From the NCBI GenBank assembly GCA_963720335.1, contig CAVRFS010000088.1, forward strand, positions 4,297 through 68,296: 64,000 nucleotides of DNA. Reading direction: 5' to 3'. Both the position numbers and the translations under genes were made by a program. Shown here in pieces: positions 34,157 to 45,000 of the stretch. Every line of letters starts with the position of its first letter. Within the stretch, counting starts at the first letter, position 1. Below the pieces are notes generated by a model that was not told the origin of the DNA, did no database searches, and was given only the letters and a program-made list of their open reading frames with translations. Source of the stretch: an uncultured Planctomycetota bacterium. Its GTDB lineage: Bacteria > Planctomycetota > Planctomycetia > Isosphaerales > Isosphaeraceae.

Positions 34157-35306
34157 ACTTAGAGGATCTGGACATCCTATTCGTCAAGAACGACAAAGGT
34201 GAAATGGTCCCCTACTCCGCGTTCCTTAAGGTGGTAAAGAAGCAGGGTTTGAATGAGATCACGCGGTACAACCTGTACACCTCCGCCGCCATTCAATGCG
34301 CGCCGGCTGCTGGCTACAGCACCGGTCAAGCCATTCAGGCGATCAAGGAGGTCGCGCCCAGTCGCTGCCTCGCGGTTTCGACATCGGCTGGTCTGGTCTC
34401 GCTTATGACGAGGCAAGAAAGGGGAATGAGGCCGTTTATATCTTCCTCGTCGTCGTCGCCTTCGTCTATCTGGTGCTGGTCGCGCAATACGAGAGCTTTA
34501 TTCTGCCACTCGCGGTGATCGTGTCGCTGCCGGTCGGGCTTTTCGGTTCTTTCCTATTCCTGCAGGCCATGGGTTTGGCTAACGACGTGTACGCCCAAAT
34601 TGGTCTGGTCATGCTCGTCGGTCTGCTCGGCAAGAACGCGATCTTGATCGTGGAATTCGCGGTCCAACGTCGGCGGGAGGGCGTGTCTCTCAAGGAAGCC
34701 GCCGTCGAAGGTGCGAAACTGCGCTTCCGGCCGATTCAGATGACCTCCTTCGCCTTCATCGCTGGTCTCCTTCCGTTGGTCGTCGCCACCGGCGCCGGGG
34801 CGATCGGAAACCGCACCATCGGCGCCGCCGGAGCCGGCGGGATGCTCGTCGGCACGGTCATCGGCGTCTTGGTCATTCCCGGGCTTTATTATCTTTTCGG
34901 CCGGCTTGATGGCGGGCGGAAACTCCTCAAGGATGAGGCGGATGAACCACTTAGTGAGATTTTCGAACACCAGGCACTAGCAGCACACGATCGCGAAAGC
35001 AGACACGATCGCGATAGCAATGTTCTGCCACTTCACTGCGAAACCGCCGAATCTCTTGCGTCGCTACTTTCCAAGCCCCTGTTGCGACGCCCTTTCCCCC
35101 TGGAAATCCCCGACGGTACGGAAGAAAAGTCAACAGTGGAAATCCCTGACAGGATGGAAGAAGAAATTGCCGAATCTCCTGCATCGCTACTTTCCAAGCC
35201 CCCATCTCGACGCCCGTTCCCCCTGGAAATCCGTGACAGTACGGAAGAAAAGTCAACAGTGGAAATCCCTGGCAATACGGAAGAAGAGTCAATTATAGGC
35301 TCTTAG
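34157..35306 (+). pseudogene. RND efflux pump copy 2, 3' portion
   Basis: ..FVKNDKGEMVPYSAF.., LLGKNAILIVEFAVQRR, PGLYYLFGRLDGGRKLLKDE (ORFs 34204- and 34296-35306). Sequence after about 34935 is unrelated to the copy 1 tail and contains a tandem repeat. Confidence 0.8.
35046..35291 (+). repeat. Tandem duplication, 2 x 123 bp
   Basis: GCCGAATCTC..GGAAATCCC.. starts at 35046 and again at 35169. It is in frame with ORF 34296-35306 (AES(L/P)ASLLSKP..RRPFPLEI.D.TEEKSTVEIP..). Confidence 0.8.
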
Positions 35307-35590
35307 AGCGTGTCATTCGAATTCGCTTTTTCAGCCTCGAAAAGGCATACGTCCATAGCCTGGGGCGAAGAGCGCTGCAGCGTGGTTGGTGATTTGCAGA
35401 CGAGGCTAAGCGAAAGTTCAAGATAGCAAAGCAGTTACGCCACGAATCTGTGAATGTGATCGATGTCTCTTTTTTATGAACACTCGGTAACCACTGACTC
35501 GCACTGGAAAACTAGCGGACCGGTCCCAGCCTCTGGACAATCGACCCCAAGGGGCCAGAATTCTTGCTTTTCGTAAACTCAAATGGATAA

Positions 35591-35878
35591 GTAAGCTATG
35601 CGTTAACCTCGTGCCATTCGTTTCCGACCCCTTTTCCAGCCTCTGGCGTCTCCCTCGCGGTGGCTCGACGATTGATGCATCACAAGGACCCGAAGCCGAC
35701 CAGCAACGTGTACACTGACGTCCAGGTGTCCGACATGCAGGCGGCGGCCAAGGCGCTCGCGGCCGTCGCGCCGAAAGTTGTTCCCAAAGTAGTTCCTACT
35801 CGCGGCTCTTCAGTTCATGTCCAGTCAACGGATGTCAACTCGAACCAGGTTGAAGAACGATTCGAGGGCTGGACGTAA
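35591..35878 (+). pseudogene. Tyrosine recombinase (phage-type integrase) C-terminal remnant
   Basis: The open frame from 35591 reads ..CHSFPTPFPASGVSLAVARRLMHHKDPKPTSNVYTDV... This matches the H-x-x-R ... LMGH.d...T..Y(T/A) catalytic-Tyr box. No upstream integrase sequence is present. The tRNA-Gln 3' end lies 49 nt away. Confidence 0.65.
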
Positions 35879-35893
35879 GTAGGTAGGCGCATT

Positions 35894-35918
35894 AAAAACC
35901 CCGATTTCTCGGGGGTTT
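35894..35918. terminator. Bidirectional intrinsic-terminator-like hairpin
   Basis: AAAAACCCCGA-tttc-TCGGGGGTTT, between the integrase remnant and tRNA-Gln. Confidence 0.6.
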
Positions 35919-35926
35919 CACTCAAG

Positions 35927-35998
35927 CTGGGGATCTAGGATTTCAAACCTAGACTAAGTGATCCAGAGTCACTCGTGCTACCGTTACACCAATCCCCA
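35927..35998 (-). tRNA. tRNA-Gln (anticodon CTG)
   Basis: The reverse complement folds by hand. Acceptor TGGGGAT/ATCCCCA; D arm GTGT-AACGGTA-GCAC; anticodon arm AGTGA-CTCTGGA-TCACT; T arm CTAGG-TTTGAAAT-CCTAG. The 8-nt T loop may include one homopolymer error. CCA is not encoded. Confidence 0.85.
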
Positions 35999-36275
35999 AG
36001 AATCAGGATTCGTTCTGGACATTGAACGATCATCGGTATCTTAAGGATTATTACTTCTCTTTTCAATATGGGCAGGCTGGCGTGATGAACCCATGAGCGG
36101 GTTAAAGTGCACGCAGAGGACCACGATGCCCATGTCAGTCGCTCCGATATCCACGACAAGCCTTCGGGTCCTCACCCTCGACATCGAATTGAAGGCGTCG
36201 TACGATGTACGCGTTGAAACTTGGCTGATTGTGGCGTTTTCCGCTATTTTGCATTGGTCTCAGGAGGGCTGAGAG

Positions 36276-37488
36276 ATGTCGGAATCATCGTTCAATTCCC
36301 TGGATCGAAGAGAGTTTCTCCAGGCCGGCGTGGCCGCGACCGCCGTCGCCGCGAGCCTAACCGGATCCGCCCCGGCCCTCGCGGCCGACGACAAGCCGAG
36401 CCAGAATAAACCGGTGCTTCCCAAACGAGTTTTGGGCAAGACGGGCGCCGAGGTGACGCTGCTCACCCAGGGGACCGTCGGGCAGCCGGAGGCCCTGGAT
36501 CGGCTGCTTCGACTCGCCTATCGAGAAGGTGTCCGCTACTACGATACGGCGGAAGGCTACGCGAATGCCGAGACGGTCTTTCACAAGTGGTTCGAAGCCG
36601 CCCCCGAGGTCCGCAAGACCATCTTCCTCGCGACGAAGAGCCATGTCGGCACGCCCGGCGACATGCTCAAGAAAGTCGATCAACGTCTCGCCAGACTGGG
36701 CACTGATTACATCGATCTGCTTTTCTTCCACGGATTGAGCACCGGCCAAGCCAAATGGCCAAAGAGCAAGGAGATGAAAGAGGCCATCGAGGCGATCAAG
36801 AAGACGGGCAAGGTCAAGTTTGTCGGTTTCTCAACCCATGATCCCGCGATCGCCCAGCAATTGCAGGCGGCCGCCGAGGGTGGGTTTGTCGACGTGATCA
36901 TGCTCAAGTTCAATCCTTGGCTCGAAAAAGAGTCGGCGCTCAACAAAGCACTCGACGCCTGCCACAAGGCCAACATCGGCCTGGTATCGATGAAGCAGAT
37001 CAATGGTCAGGCTACGCGAGTGACCCAAGACCGAGTGCCGACGCTAAAGGCTCGCGGTCTGAGCCCGGTCCAAGGCCTGTTACACGCGATTTGGACCGAC
37101 GAGCGGTTCTCCAGCTCGTGCGTCACGATGCGCAACAACAACCAGACGGCCGAGAACGCCGATGCCGCGCGCCGGTTCGAACCACTAAGACTGCCGAGCT
37201 CGACGAGCTGCGCGCGGCCGTCTTGGCGGCCGGGCCGACACTTTGTCCCAATTGCGACGGTAGTTGCTCGCTCGCAGCCGGAACCAAGGCTCGCCTTGGC
37301 GACCTGACGAGGATCTACACCTACCACGAGGAAAACGGCATCCGCCAGCACGCTCGCGAATGCTACAACGACCTCACCGCCGAGGAGCGGGACTGGCAAG
37401 CGCCGACCTTCAGGCCGCACGTGAAGCGTGCCACAACAAGCTCGACTTCGCCAAATTGCTACCCGAAGTCGACCGGCTGCTGAGCTGA
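36276..37488 (+). CDS. Aldo/keto reductase with Tat signal and Cys-rich C-terminal extension
   Basis: SLDRREFLQAGVAATAVAASL (twin-Arg signal), GVRYYDTAEGY, DYIDLLFFHG. Frame switch at CTAAGACT (37186-37190), then ..LCPNCDGSC.. (ORF 36917-37483) and the end ..CHNKLDFAKLLPEVDRLLS* (ORF 37264-37488). Confidence 0.8.
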
Positions 37489-37615
37489 CGGATCTACATC
37501 GTTGGGCGCGGGTCCGAGACCACGCGCTCGTGGACTGAACGGTCCCGACATTGGGGCGGCCTCCTCGTCCCCGCCCGACTGTCTGACCGAAGGCAGGTCT
37601 TCGGGTGTTCGAGGA

Positions 37616-38833
37616 TCACTGTTTGTACCGCGACCTTCGGTCTGGCACTCCAGCGGGGCGGGAGACCCCGCGCTCGAACCACGAACGCGGTCTGGCGTGG
37701 TCGGGAGGCCCGCGCCGAACACTCGCCGCTTTAACAAAGAGCGAGTGAACCATAGTGCCGAAGTTGTCGGCGTTGTCAACGGACATGGCGATGCCTGACG
37801 ACTTCAGCGTGCGCCGGCCGGCTCGATCGGGGCCTCGTCGGCGCGGCGGGGGCGAAGCATCCATTGCCTCGGGGATCGCGATTCGCTCGGCAGGTCTTCG
37901 TGTCAGTAACCGGCGGACTTCCTCCACGGGCAGGAACGAAGCACAGCCAACCAGCATGACCAGCCCGAACGTCCACATTCCCAGGAAGGCCCCGATCCCG
38001 ACGTGAAGCACGACCGCACCGGCCAACATGATGGGCCGCCATAGCGGCTTCCAGATCAACACGCAGAACGAGATCTCCCAGAGAACCGACACGTGCGTCA
38101 TGAGGTTGACCAGCCACGGGTGCCACGCCAGCCAGGTCATGTCGAGCGACTGATATTCCAGATTGGCGAACGCCCGCCACATCGCCTCGCCGGTCCACCA
38201 TGACGGGCCTTGAAGCTTGGAAATGCCCGCGAAGAAATAGATGACGCACATGTGCACTTGAATCAGCCGCAAGGCCAGGTTGGCGATGCGCTCGGCGTCG
38301 GGCGGCGGCAGCGTCGGATCCGAGCCGCCGCAGCGCCAGCCAGCGGTCCAGCGACAGCGCCTGGCCACTCGGTCCGACGTCAGGTACAGGGTGAGCATGC
38401 GATTGATCTGGTCCAGGCCGAAGAACGCGGCGGGAACTCGGTTCGCGAACGAGATCACCACACAGAGCGACAGGAACGAGGTCACTCGCGTCCACAGTCC
38501 GATCGTGAACAGCGTAAGTATCGAGCATGGATACGGCATAGGCTGGCCACATCGCCCGGGCCGGCACCCACCACCAGAATGAATAGCGTGGCTTGATCGA
38601 GCTGGATGCAGTCGCACCAGGCGAGGCCGCAGCCAACTCGCGGGTCCGAAGAAGTCGTTGAGCGCCAGGCCCCATACGGCATGCGTGTACAGGAGCATCA
38701 GGCCCGTCAGCACCCGGATCAAACCCAGCAACGTCGGATCGGCCGGCGTGTGCCAGAAAGCGTTCCAACCCTCGGCCACCGATCGAACCACCTTTCGCAG
38801 GTAATGAGTGACTGGACTCAACGCGCCCCACAT
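37616..38833 (-). CDS. HTTM domain (vitamin-K-dependent gamma-carboxylase-like) membrane protein
   Basis: WNAFWHTPADPTLLGLIRVLTGLMLLYTHAVWGL.. and multiple TM segments. Short frame-shifted patches, with a parallel ORF at 37776-38831. The true stop is uncertain (about 37616-37800). Confidence 0.7.
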   Translation of the reverse strand: MWGALSPVTHYLRKVVRSVAEGWNAFWHTPADPTLLGLIRVLTGLMLLYTHAVWGLALNDFFGPASWLRPRLVRLHPARSSHAIHSGGGCRPGRCGQPMPYPCSILTLFTIGLWTRVTSFLSLCVVISFANRVPAAFFGLDQINRMLTLYLTSDRVARRCRWTAGWRCGGSDPTLPPPDAERIANLALRLIQVHMCVIYFFAGISKLQGPSWWTGEAMWRAFANLEYQSLDMTWLAWHPWLVNLMTHVSVLWEISFCVLIWKPLWRPIMLAGAVVLHVGIGAFLGMWTFGLVMLVGCASFLPVEEVRRLLTRRPAERIAIPEAMDASPPPRRRGPDRAGRRTLKSSGIAMSVDNADNFGTMVHSLFVKAASVRRGPPDHARPRSWFERGVSRPAGVPDRRSRYKQ

Positions 38834-39391
38834 TGGAAGACCCCTAAAGGTTCGTCTTGATAACTGCCTGGATCATCCAGTCGAACGCCGTTGCGGACCA
38901 TCTCCATCGTGGGGAGATGATGGATCTGCCTGTGAGCGTAACCTGCTTCGCGCCATACTTCTGGCAGAGATGTTCCGCGTAGGAACCGACCCACTCCTGT
39001 TCGAGTTGCTCTGGAGCGTCCATTCATATGTTCGGTGAGCATGAAGTGACGATGATAGAGCAGGCGGGGCACGATCTGGAAATTGGGGATCTGTGCCGCG
39101 GACGACCGTTCCATCCGGGCGTTCTGCCGCGAAGCCAGCAGCGTGCTCTCGCTCGGCTCGGGTGCGAAGAAGTGATACCCGTGGTTGAGATACAGCAGCT
39201 CGAGATACGGCTGGAACAGACGCCCATGCCCGATTGGATCAAGCTCGGAAGAGGGACTGACCGACGCCGGAGCAATCGACGATCGCCGCGAGGTGATAGA
39301 CAAGCCACGCGTTCACGGCCCAACGAGAGCAAACGGTGGCGGGATCCAGCGTAGTGCGGGCGTGGTTCCGACGGTTGGGGATTTCATGCAT
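38818..39391 (-). CDS. Hypothetical membrane protein, overlaps the start of the HTTM gene
   Basis: MHEIPNRRNH..AVNAWLVYHLAAIV (TM segment, ORF 39239-39436) joins ORF 38818-39303 (..FQPYLELLYLNHGYHFFAPEPS..PRLLYHRHFMLTEH..). No family recognised. Confidence 0.45.
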
Positions 39392-39550
39392 CGCACGAGA
39401 GCTCACGCCAAGACCTCCTGCACAAAGACGAGGCACGAGAACGAAAAAAACAGGGGAAAGACAGGTCCATCCGTCCTTCCCCTTGAGGCCACGCGAAGGG
39501 GCGGCGACCCGGCTAGGACAGGGCCGCCGCTTGTCCTTATGAGCAAAACT

Positions 39551-40563
39551 TCAACGGCTGGCGACGGTTGCTACCGACGCCACCAGCTCGTTCGGATTCT
39601 GCCCGTCCGATTGAACCGAGACCGCGATCTCCTGTCCGGCCGTGACGACCGCCTGAGTCGTCTTCGACATCGGTCTGGCCGTTCCGCACGACCTCGAACT
39701 CGCACGTTGTAGACGTGCTGGGTGCCGCCGGCATCTCCGGGCTGACGAACCGGCGCTGGGTGCCTGCCAGGGTCATCAACTGGTCCTGGAGATAGACCTT
39801 GGCGTCGGCGGGTACGTTGACGTTGAGATATGCCGACGGCCGCGTGCGCAACGGCGGGAGCCGGGCGTGATCACGTCCGTGTTGCAGAACGGTCTGCCGT
39901 GGTCGGGACAGAGCGGAGCCACTGTTGTAGCTCAAGCCGTACGAGCCGCCCGAAGAGCCGCCGTACGAGCCACCCGAAGAACCGCCGCTGGAGCCGCCGC
40001 CACTGGAACCATGGCTGAACAGCGAGCCGTGTGAGCTGCCACCGCTGGAGCCGTGGCTGAACAACGAACCGTGCTTGCTACCGCCGCTGGAGCCGCCGCC
40101 ACTGGAACCATGGCTGAACAGCGAGCCGTGTGAGCCGCCGCCGCTGGAGCCGTGGCTGAACATGCGAGCCATGTTTGCTGCCGCCGCTTGAGCCGCCGCC
40201 ACTGGAGCCGTGGCTGAACAACGAGCCGTGCTTGCTACCGCCGCTTGAGCCGCCGCCACTGGAACCGTGGCTGAACAGCGAGCCGTGCGAGCTGCCGCCG
40301 CTGGAGCCGTGGCTGAACAACGAGCCGTGCGAGCTACCGCCGCTTGAGCCGCCGCCACTGGAACCGTGGCTGAACAGCCCGGCGAATAAATTGTGGCCGC
40401 CGCCGCCGCTTGAGCCATGCGAGCTGCCGCCACTTGAACCGCCCGAACTACCCCCCCCGCTCGAACCGACGATTTCGCAAATGCTGAGCCCGGTCCGGCG
40501 AAAATGAAGGCCAGAAGCGCCCAGCGATGCCCCCGCGAATGTCGACCAGCTAAGTCTCTGCAT
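39551..40563 (-). CDS. Secreted Gly/Ser-repeat protein with C-terminal TIGR03000-like planctomycete domain
   Basis: Start MQRLSWSTF.. (ORF 40078-40563). A signal peptide ..WALLAFIFAGPGSAFA is in a neighbouring frame, bracketed by G5 and G8 runs. Repeats are GSLFSHGSSGG(GSSGGSK)H. C-terminus is AYLNVNVPADAKVYLQDQLMTLAGTQRRFVSPEM..YNVRVEVVRNGQT..AVVTAGQEIAVSV. My manually derived stop is at 39551-39553. Confidence 0.7.
39930..40450 (-). repeat. Coding tandem repeats (units of about 14-19 codons, Gly/Ser/His-rich)
   Basis: Recurrent GCCGCCACTGGAACC(A/G)TGGCTGAACA(G/A)CGAGCCGTG blocks are visible on the plus strand. Confidence 0.8.
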
Positions 40564-41153
40564 CTGAATTCCTCACCTGTTGCAAATTGCTGTTGGAAAA
40601 TAGACTCTCGAACACGCTCTGCAGACGTCTCTTGCTGCCAATGATCGATTTCTCCGAGCCTTATCCTCCTTTCACTCATTTGGTTTCGTCGGCTCGTTCG
40701 TCCCGCATCGACCGAACGCGAGTTGCTTGCCCTCGGGACGCCGCCATGCCGCCTGAGAAACCAACCAAATCGCGCAGGATTACGAATGTGGATCAGCAAC
40801 AGCAATCCCTCAGCGAAAGGATCGCTGTCGCTTTGCACGTAAGTCTGAGTATTTTACAAATTTTGCTCTGAATGAGAATACTGGGTATTCTGGACGAAGT
40901 CAAACGATCGGGGAGAGTTTTACAACAATTTGAGCGACTACTAAAGCGTCTTGTCGAGAAGGCTGCTCGCAGCGCGAGTTCGTTGAGGATCGGACCGCGA
41001 ACCGGAGAGAGGCCGCGCGCTGTCATCGTGCGACTTGATCCGACCGTCTACTACCCAACAGCACCATTCCTCGATAGGTTAGGGTCGAATGCGATGGCCG
41101 GGCTTCATCGTCGATCCTTCATCGTTTCAAACGGTTGGGCGGGAAGCGAATCT

Positions 41154-42004
41154 ATGAGCCGACGGGACCCTTGATCCGAAGCATCGCCGACACAGCGCGA
41201 TGGGCCGCGGTCTTTCGCGCGCGAAACCGAGCGGCCGGATGCGCTGTTCCGCGATCCCCTGGCGGGAAGGCTGGCCGGCGAGCTCGGGCAGCGGATCGCC
41301 GACGAGGTCCCCGGGGGCAATAGCCACACGTGGGCTTGGGTATTGCGCACGTATTTGTTCGATCAATTCATCTCGCAGCAGATCGAGCAGGGCGCCGATA
41401 TGGTCGTCAACCTGGCCGCCGGTCTCGACGCGAGGCCATACCGCATGGCCCTTCCTCCGTCACTCCAATGGGTCGAAGTGGACCTGCCGGAAGTGATCGA
41501 CTACAAGGAGAACGTCATCGGCGACGAAAAGCCGGGGTGTGCGCTCGAGCGTATTCGTATGGATCTGGCGGATCAGAACGCTCGCCGCGACTTGTTCGAC
41601 CGTCTGGGTCACGGCTCCAGGAAAGCGCTGATCATCACCGAGGGCATCTCGTCTATCTGTCGCCCGAGGAGGTTGGCTCGCTGGCTGAGGATCTGGCACG
41701 TCCGGCTAGCTTTCAATCTTGGGTTGTGGAGTTGTCCTCACCCGGTCTGCTGAAAATCCTTCAGAAACAGCTAGGCCCGGGTTTGAGCGAGTCGGGAGCG
41801 TCGTTCAAGTTTGGCCCGCAGCAGGGGCCGGCCTTCTTCATGCAGTACGGCTGGAAGCCCGCCCAAGTCCGTTCGATGCTCAAATCGGCTGCTCAGATGA
41901 AACGGTTGTCTCCCTGGATGTGGCTCTTGTCACTCCTGCCTGAATCGACAGGCGTCCAGGGATCGCGGCCGTGGTCGGGTGTCACCTTGCTGTCGAAAAC
42001 CTGA
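41154..42004 (+). CDS. Class I SAM-dependent methyltransferase (leucine carboxyl MT / COG3315-like family)
   Basis: ATG at 41154. Reads ..SIADTARWAAVFRA.., LRTYLFDQFI..GADMVVNLAAGLDARPYRM, WVEVDLPEVIDYK, ALIITEGI. The C-terminus is in ORF 41330-42004. At least 4 frame switches. Convergent with the LanC-like end, with a 31-bp gap. Confidence 0.7.
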
Positions 42005-42035
42005 CAGGTCGTGAGCGTATTCGTCTTCGGTCAAG

Positions 42036-45000
42036 TCAGCGAGGTTCGTCGACCTCCGGGATCGACAGAAGCAACGGAGGAACCCGTGCTGGCGCATGCA
42101 GCCGCAGGTACCAGTAACCGTTCCGGCAAGGCCCACCATGAACGAGGGATTGGGACCGCCTGACGGAACTCCCGATGGCCAATCGCCGGATGCTGAGTGC
42201 CGATCGATCAAGGCTCGACCTAGCGCGCTGTGCGCGCGGAGAAACGATTCATCGCCGACCAACTGGCTGGCGATCAGCACAACCTCGCCCAGCCCCGACA
42301 TCCCGTGGCAGAGACTGGCATCGCTTCGCGGGTCCAAGAGATTCTTCTCGATCGCCTTCAGGGTCGTGGCGACGGCAACCCGGCCGGTTGCAAGATGTCG
42401 TTCCGCGTGATCCGGATCGAGCGCGACGGCGCGGAGCCGGACAGAGCGATCCCGGCGGCTCCGTAACACCAGGTACAAGTGAAGCCAGGGGGTGGCACGT
42501 CAGGCCTCAAGACACGCCAGTTTCCCGGGTCCGGGTCGAACAGGGAATCCTCGTACTCGAAGGCTCTGCGTGCGGCATCCAGGAAGTCGGGCCGTCCGAT
42601 CGCTGCGTATAACTCAAGAAGAGCCAGGCCAAGTCCGGCCGCGCCGTGGAGAGACCGCCGAGAAGGCCTTGTCCGTTTCGGCACCGGAGCTGGCATCCTG
42701 CGACCAAGAAGAGGAAGTGTCGCTCCTCTTGGCGCCTCGACAGAGTTCATCTCCCAGCTCGACTGCCAGGTCATGGCAGCGCCTCGAGCCCGGGCGTCCG
42801 AGCCAGCGATAGAGCGCTGCAATCGCACCAGCGTTCCCTTTGATCACGTCCAGATCGTGTGGTTCGGCGATTGCCTCGAACACCCGCGTGAGAATCGTCT
42901 CACCTGGGATTCCAGATCGTACTGATCAAGCATCGCGCCAAGCTTCTGGGCAACATAAGCCACTCCGAGCTGGCCAGCGAAGAACGAAAGTGGGGACACC
43001 CGCTCCTTGGTCGGCGGTCGGTCGAGTTGCTGGATCAACGGCCGATCGCACCGAGGGCTGTGCGGCGAAACTCAAGGTCACTGGTCAGTTGGTAGAGCTG
43101 GGCAAGGAAAAGGGCAATGCCCGTTGATCCACTATACAGGTGTGGTCCAGGCGCGAGCGGTCACCGTGATCCCACTGCTAACTTTGGTCTTTCGAATCCG
43201 GGCGGCCCATCCAGTTGCAAAGACGGCCTTCGACGTCCCAAATGGCTTCCCGGCACAGTGCCTGCCCAATTCGGATCGCGCCTTGCATTGGCGATATTGG
43301 TCGCAACCGATTGTGATGGCTCGCGCCGCTTCGCTCGCATTCATGCCAGCTAATGACAGATGGCCGCGTATCTCCTCGGTCACGGGCGGCGAGTGAGGAG
43401 ATGTAATCGTCGTCCGACTGGGCATTGAGGTAAGGTCGAGTCGAATCGAGACCTTCATTCCGGAATACCTCGCGAGCGTCCCTCGATTGACTGTCCGCCC
43501 GGTTTCTCCGCGGACGAAGGATTCCCAAAGAGCGTTTGCAATCACTTGACACCGGTGTTGTCCAGGCTCTGAGCGTTCGCCCGGGTCTTCCGCAAGGCTC
43601 AAACCGCTCGCCAGTCGCTTGGTGAACAGCGGCACTTCGGGTCGTAACCCAGGCCCATTACCTGATGAATCTGAGCGATGATTTCCCGGCCACGAGCGTA
43701 CTCCTACGTGAAGACAGAGCACTCCTGCGTCGGCTCGTTGGTAGACTGCGGATCGACCAACACCTTGAGCACGGAAGGGAATGTCAGCCGCATTCAGGAG
43801 GTCGGTCGCCGTGGTCAGCGCAGCAGCTGCCCCGACAGTGAGGTGCCAGTAAAAGCCGGATCAGTGGCTCGGCCGTCTCTACGCGCCATCCTCGTTCCCC
43901 ATGCCGTTGCCGATCGCGAGTGGAACCCAGGCATCCAATAGCAGCTCCTTACCGATCTTGACCCGGCAGGACTGGCCAGCCCTGATCTCCTCTTCGGCAC
44001 GACGCACCTGGGTCAGTGAAACCCAAAAAGTGATTTCGTCCTTGGTGACAGCGACACGTCCGTCCTCGCAGAGCCCCTGGACCCGCCAGCCTGGCTCCCA
44101 GGTGCCCGATCCCGAGTTGGCATCAGAGAGTACAGCGGCCATCCAGTCACGCCGAGCCAGCGCGTTGGGCATGCGAATGGCATCGTTCCTCGTCGGCCGC
44201 GTGTATAGCTGGCTGTACAAATTCTGCCGTAGGGCCAACACGAGCGGGGATATCATCGCGTCGAACGTAGGTCGCCATCGGTTCTGTTGAGCTTCGGAAC
44301 TCAAATCCACGATCACGCCGCCAAGCGTGAAACTCGCGGCTGAGTGGATCTCAACCGCATCAAGGACCGCAAGGAGATCTGGGTGGGGTACTCGATCATC
44401 ATCGTCCCAACGCCACGGGAATCCATAGAGCTGAAAGCGGACTCGCTCCGGTTGAGCCAGGAGGTTGGCGCTGATTTGGAGCAATATCACAGATTGAGGA
44501 GACAATCCTGGCAATTGGTAAGAGATCTCGTACGCCGTCTGAATCATGCGCGCCGCCGATAATTTGACACCGCGCTGCAATAACTCCTCGGCTTCGTTCG
44601 ACGTTAACTTGGTTGCCGTCTGGTATCCGTGCCAAAAAAATCTGATCGCTCTTTGAATCACGGGAAGCGGGTAACGTGCTTTGCCAATCCGCTCATCCAT
44701 CGTCATGTCATCCGAGAGAGGCATCGAGGCTCACCCAGAAGTCCACGAAATCTTGCAAAACGCCCACTAGATCCCCAGGCAGGGTCGCCGAACTGGACCA
44801 TCTCCCAATCCACGATGCGAATCTCGGTCTGGTTTTCTTGCGAGGCCAGGCCAGAACGTTGTCGAACTCAGATCGCCGTGGATCACAGTCTCCCGCCGCC
44901 AAAGTACGCGCGTAGTTTTCCGAGCCGCTCCGCCATCCCTCGCTGCGACTGGAGGATGCGGATTGTCTGAAGGTTTCCCCAACTCAAGCTTTCAAGCAGC

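Noticed and set aside
39930-40450. Regular short repeats that could be mistaken for a CRISPR array
   Set aside because: The units are contiguous with no unique spacers, they encode GSLFSHGSSGG.. in frame, and no cas genes are present.
39537-40838. 433-aa minus-strand ORF with an Ala-rich N-terminal half
   Set aside because: The Ala-rich part is an out-of-frame reading of the Gly/Ser repeat DNA. The frame starting at 40563 gives a signal peptide and coherent repeats.
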